DNA of 64,000 bases. Source: Bdellovibrionales bacterium. Lineage in GTDB: Bacteria > Bdellovibrionota > Bdellovibrionia > Bdellovibrionales > Bdellovibrionaceae. The notes below the pieces were generated by a model. That model made no database searches, was not told the DNA's origin, and worked only from the letters and a program-made list of their open reading frames with translations. Below are positions 60,590-64,000 of the stretch, piece by piece; positions within the stretch are counted from its first letter, which is position 1; each line of letters opens with the position of its first letter. Location: positions 1-64,000 of the forward strand of contig JANMPT010000025.1 in the NCBI GenBank assembly GCA_031370005.1, read 5' to 3'. The position numbers were made by a program, and so were the translations under genes.

Positions 60590-61474
60590 ATGAAGGCACA
60601 ATCGCAAAATCAATTTAATTATGCCCTCGCCTTTTCAAGAAATTTGGGATGGCTGACCGAGGATGAGCAAGGCGTAATTGCACAAAAAAAAGTAGCGATT
60701 GCTGGCATGGGAGGCGTTGGTGGCCACTATGCTGAAGTCCTTGCGCGGCTTGGGGTCGCTAAGTTTCATATTTCAGATTTTGATGAATTCGAAGTCCAGA
60801 ATTTTAATCGTCAGAACTGCAGTGGGCTTAGCACTCTACACAAAAAAAAAGTAGAAGTGATAAGAGATAAAATTTTAGATATTAACCCCTTGGCCGAGGT
60901 CACAATCTTTAATAGGGGTGTGAATGCAGAAAATGTCGAATCCTTCTTAGACAGTGTCGATCTTTATCTTGATGGTTTGGATTTTTTCGTTATCGACATA
61001 AGGCAACTTGTGTTTGCAGTGGCACACCAAAAAAAAATTACGGCGATAACTATAGCGCCAGTTGGTATGGGCGCGTCCCTTGTTGTGTTTGATCAAAATT
61101 CAATGAGCTTTGTTGAGCATTTTGGTATGAAAAAAAATGATTCTTTGGAAGTATTGGCAATTAAATTCTTAATTGGACTTACTCCGACACTAAAGCAATT
61201 AAAATACCTAGTCGATCGAACGCGGACAAATTTTAATGAGAAAAAAGCGCCGTCGCTACCGATGGGGCCTTATTTATGCGCCGGTGTTGCTGGAAGCGAG
61301 GCCGTCAAAATTTTATTAAAAAGAAAAAAAATTAGAACCTCTCCTTGGGTTTTGCATTTTGATGCATATTTGCAAAGTTATAATAAAACATATTTATGGT
61401 GGGGACATAAAAACGTATTTCAAAAAATTAAATTCATAATCATTAAAAATATTTTAGGACGGCACTCTCGGTAA
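60590..61474 (+). CDS. ThiF/MoeB family adenylyltransferase
   Basis: AFSRNLG, IAGMGGVGG, DFD.FE..NFNRQ, DGLDFF. Confidence 0.9.
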   Translation: MKAQSQNQFNYALAFSRNLGWLTEDEQGVIAQKKVAIAGMGGVGGHYAEVLARLGVAKFHISDFDEFEVQNFNRQNCSGLSTLHKKKVEVIRDKILDINPLAEVTIFNRGVNAENVESFLDSVDLYLDGLDFFVIDIRQLVFAVAHQKKITAITIAPVGMGASLVVFDQNSMSFVEHFGMKKNDSLEVLAIKFLIGLTPTLKQLKYLVDRTRTNFNEKKAPSLPMGPYLCAGVAGSEAVKILLKRKKIRTSPWVLHFDAYLQSYNKTYLWWGHKNVFQKIKFIIIKNILGRHSR

Positions 61475-61577
61475 ATTGTCTGATTCGTCTTAAGCAAGCA
61501 ATGACTGGTACTCATGGTCAGAGTGATAGTGCTGTTTCATTTTGACGGGAATATCTGGCAACTTCAGAGCCCTTGCC

Positions 61578-62246
61578 TCAAAACTGAAGGCGTAGCAACA
61601 GTCGGTCGGCGGTCTCTTCATCAATTAAAACAAATCGTTTTAATTCTGGTTCATAGGTATAAACATCAGCTTTTGCAATGTCGAACCACCAGCCGTGCAC
61701 GGCCAAGGTGCCCTCCTTAATCCGTTTTTGAACTGGTGGATAGGACTTTACATGCTCGATTTGAAGCAAGACATTCAGTTGAGATAGTTGGTTGTGAACC
61801 GCTAAACTTGAGTCAAGCGTCGTACCAGACATTAATTGATTAAAGGCTGGGTCGCCATGGCGAAGCCAGCTTTTTAAATTTGGCGTCGCAATGTTGTTAC
61901 GATTACTAATAAGTGCCCGCATTGCTGCGCACTCAGAATGACCACAAACGATAATATCTGAAACGTTTAAACTTAGAACAGCATACTCGATTGCAGCAGC
62001 TTCGGACTCATCGCTAGATGAGATACCATGCTTGTCACAAGGGGGAATCAAATTGCCGACGTTTCTTAAAACGAATAAGTCCCCTGGATTTGTCGACGCA
62101 AAGGTGTTGGGCACAACACGGCTATCAGAACATGCAATGAAGAGTGTGTCAGGCGACTGTCCAGTTGCTAGACGGCCGAAGGACTCTCTATAGCCCTCTT
62201 GAACTTTACGTCGAAACTCTACGATTCCTTGGATTAGCTTTCTCAC
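61578..62246 (-). CDS. Beta-class carbonic anhydrase
   Basis: CSDSRV, RNVGN, CGHSECAAM. Confidence 0.95.
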   Translation of the reverse strand: MRKLIQGIVEFRRKVQEGYRESFGRLATGQSPDTLFIACSDSRVVPNTFASTNPGDLFVLRNVGNLIPPCDKHGISSSDESEAAAIEYAVLSLNVSDIIVCGHSECAAMRALISNRNNIATPNLKSWLRHGDPAFNQLMSGTTLDSSLAVHNQLSQLNVLLQIEHVKSYPPVQKRIKEGTLAVHGWWFDIAKADVYTYEPELKRFVLIDEETADRLLLRLQF

Positions 62247-62359
62247 GGAAGAGGAAGCTAGCGCATTTTATAGACAAGGTCTATGATTTTATGTCATTAC
62301 CTAGCGTACACCTGCGTTGACGGACGCAGAGTGGTCTAGAGAATTACAGAATCCACGAC

Positions 62360-62557
62360 TTATCGCGCCGTTGTTCTTCCGGGCTTACTTGTCGGATTCT
62401 CCTTTAAGTTTATTCTTCTGTGGCTATGGCCGTGACTGTGGCCCGGGTTTTCTTCGGGGTTTAGAAATCGAGAGGCAGCGGGCTCTGTAGACGCGGGCTT
62501 TATTACGGATTTCTTAGTTTTGCGTTTAGCCTTTGTTTTTTTTGCTGGCGTTTTCAT
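62360..62557 (-). CDS. Small basic hypothetical protein
   Basis: GAGGAG RBS; Lys-rich; GHSHGHSH. Confidence 0.55.
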   Translation of the reverse strand: MKTPAKKTKAKRKTKKSVIKPASTEPAASRFLNPEENPGHSHGHSHRRINLKENPTSKPGRTTAR

Positions 62558-62656
62558 TGGGAAACTCCTCGTTTTTTAGTAGTTGAAAACACGAGTAAGT
62601 ATAAATTAAAAGTGACGTTGTGAAATGATATTCCAGCGAAGTTGCAAAAAAACAAG

Positions 62657-64000
62657 TTATCCGAGGTGCTCAGCCTTCCTTTGAAAAACCATTAGATGAG
62701 AAACTATATATTGATATTTTCTTTCATGCTCGCGAATCAAAAGGGGCACGTCAGAGGTTTTAAGTAAATTAAAGTCAGGATCCATAAATTGTTTTATTTC
62801 ATCACTGCTAGAAATAGCGGTATTGTTTTCGCGACGAGCACCAAGCCAGTGCGCGCGAGCCGTATGTTGCTCAAGCCAAGAGTAAGGCGAAAATAAAATT
62901 AAAAGACCACCAGGACGAACCGCTCCGTTTTTCCCCGACATCGCCGCTAAACAGGCTTTAGGGTCTGGCAGGCGACAGAGGAGATTTGCCATCATAACGG
63001 CATCAAAATTATTTAACTGTGGCGGAAGATTGCAGGCATCGGCTTCTAAAAATTGAATTCGCTCCGGATGAGAGTCTTTGGGCTTTTTTGCGGTTAGACG
63101 AGTTCGGATCTCCCCTTGATCTTTGCGGTCAAACTCAATTTCATCAGCGGCCTTCAAGTGATTTGCAGCAGCGATAAATGAAGAGCTTAAATCCACGCCA
63201 GTTACTGACTCAAAGTACTGGCTAAGGACAAAGGAGGAGCCACCCACCGCGCAGCCTAAATCAAGAACTGACTTCATTGGGCCTTTGGCTTTTTTCGCCT
63301 CTGCAATAACAAGACTTGCACATCGTTGAGGAAAGGAAAGGGCTTCAGTTGGTCCGAAATCAAAAGGGAATACAACCTTCGGATCAGAAAAGTGAAGTAG
63401 CAGGTACTGAGATAACAATTCGGAACTTTCATAATCTGAGCCACCGAGCGGGCCAGCCTTATTTACCCGCATAGCACTTGTATAGTGAGCCCCTGCTGCA
63501 CTTTGAATCACTCTAAAGCCGGCATGTTGAAAAAAGTGTGGACGGAAGTGGAACCGCGCATAGGGCTCTGCTTCCGCGCCAGTACTAGCAAAAGAGCCAC
63601 CCATAATCATTTGATGTTTTCCATCAAAACACGGAGTGCTAAAATCTTCGTAGTAGGGGTGAGCAGCAAAACCCGGCAGTGGATTGAACTCATCCTCACA
63701 CCACTGCCACACATTGCCAAAGATGTCGCCAATCCCGTTTGAAGTGTGTTTATTCACAGACACCTCAGAGCCGTACTTTAAGTTTGTATTCCAAGTAGAT
63801 TTTGGATTTATGTTTGTACGCAATCGGTGATGCTCGGCTTCGCTGGTTAATCTGAAAGGGATTTCAGAATTTTCCTTAAGTGTTTTCCAGCGACAAAAGG
63901 CTTTGGCCTCATGAAAATTAACTATGACTGGCCAATCAGGTTGAAATGGTACCATATCGAAAATACGGCGAATGCTATATTCGTGAAGTCCCGCAGGACC
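62657..64000 (-). CDS. ovoA: OvoA-like 5-histidylcysteine sulfoxide synthase / mercaptohistidine methyltransferase (5' truncated)
   Basis: FGE-sulfatase GNVWQW...DFSTPCFDGKH...FRPHFFQHAGFR plus MTase LDLGCAVG, NLLCRL, SPYSW, LIREHERKYQ; frame open to window end. Confidence 0.88.
   Translation of the reverse strand, partial: GPAGLHEYSIRRIFDMVPFQPDWPVIVNFHEAKAFCRWKTLKENSEIPFRLTSEAEHHRLRTNINPKSTWNTNLKYGSEVSVNKHTSNGIGDIFGNVWQWCEDEFNPLPGFAAHPYYEDFSTPCFDGKHQMIMGGSFASTGAEAEPYARFHFRPHFFQHAGFRVIQSAAGAHYTSAMRVNKAGPLGGSDYESSELLSQYLLLHFSDPKVVFPFDFGPTEALSFPQRCASLVIAEAKKAKGPMKSVLDLGCAVGGSSFVLSQYFESVTGVDLSSSFIAAANHLKAADEIEFDRKDQGEIRTRLTAKKPKDSHPERIQFLEADACNLPPQLNNFDAVMMANLLCRLPDPKACLAAMSGKNGAVRPGGLLILFSPYSWLEQHTARAHWLGARRENNTAISSSDEIKQFMDPDFNLLKTSDVPLLIREHERKYQYIVSHLMVFQRKAEHLG

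Overview
Chromosomal window from a predatory Bdellovibrionota bacterium, most like Bdellovibrio. The taxon is inferred from the complete tad/flp-Bd0109-Bd0108 'hit' locus, an FQNC-type lipoprotein and a TIGR02147/DUF4423-like protein. Layout: (1) 1-5.8 kb is a conflict island with an Rhs polymorphic toxin, orphan toxin/immunity cassettes, an AbiEi/AbiEii(-WYL) pair and a decayed toxin-antitoxin module. (2) 5.8-20.4 kb holds core genes (S9 peptidase, priA, galU, M23 peptidase, TonB, nagZ). (3) 20.5-32.7 kb is the Tad pilus/hit locus, followed by a RAYT-like HUH transposase and a CheY-like receiver. (4) 37.4-55.4 kb is an apparently accessory ~18 kb block: a type IV minor-pilin/EF-hand cluster, HTTM-PQQ, tandem rhodanese and cupin genes converge on an operon of MBOAT, chorismate mutase, a CmoB-like/CmoA-like didomain SAM enzyme, two glutaminase-less PP-loop (asparagine-synthetase-like) ATPases with partner proteins, and a DltC-like carrier protein. 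(5) 55.5-64 kb holds groES/groEL, a DUF4423-like regulator, ThiF, beta-carbonic anhydrase and the 3' part of ovoA. The best candidate for an undescribed system is block (4): a possible self-contained prephenate -> carboxy-SAM, carrier-protein-dependent surface-modification pathway. All family calls come from motifs read by eye and recalled reference sequences; no searches were run.
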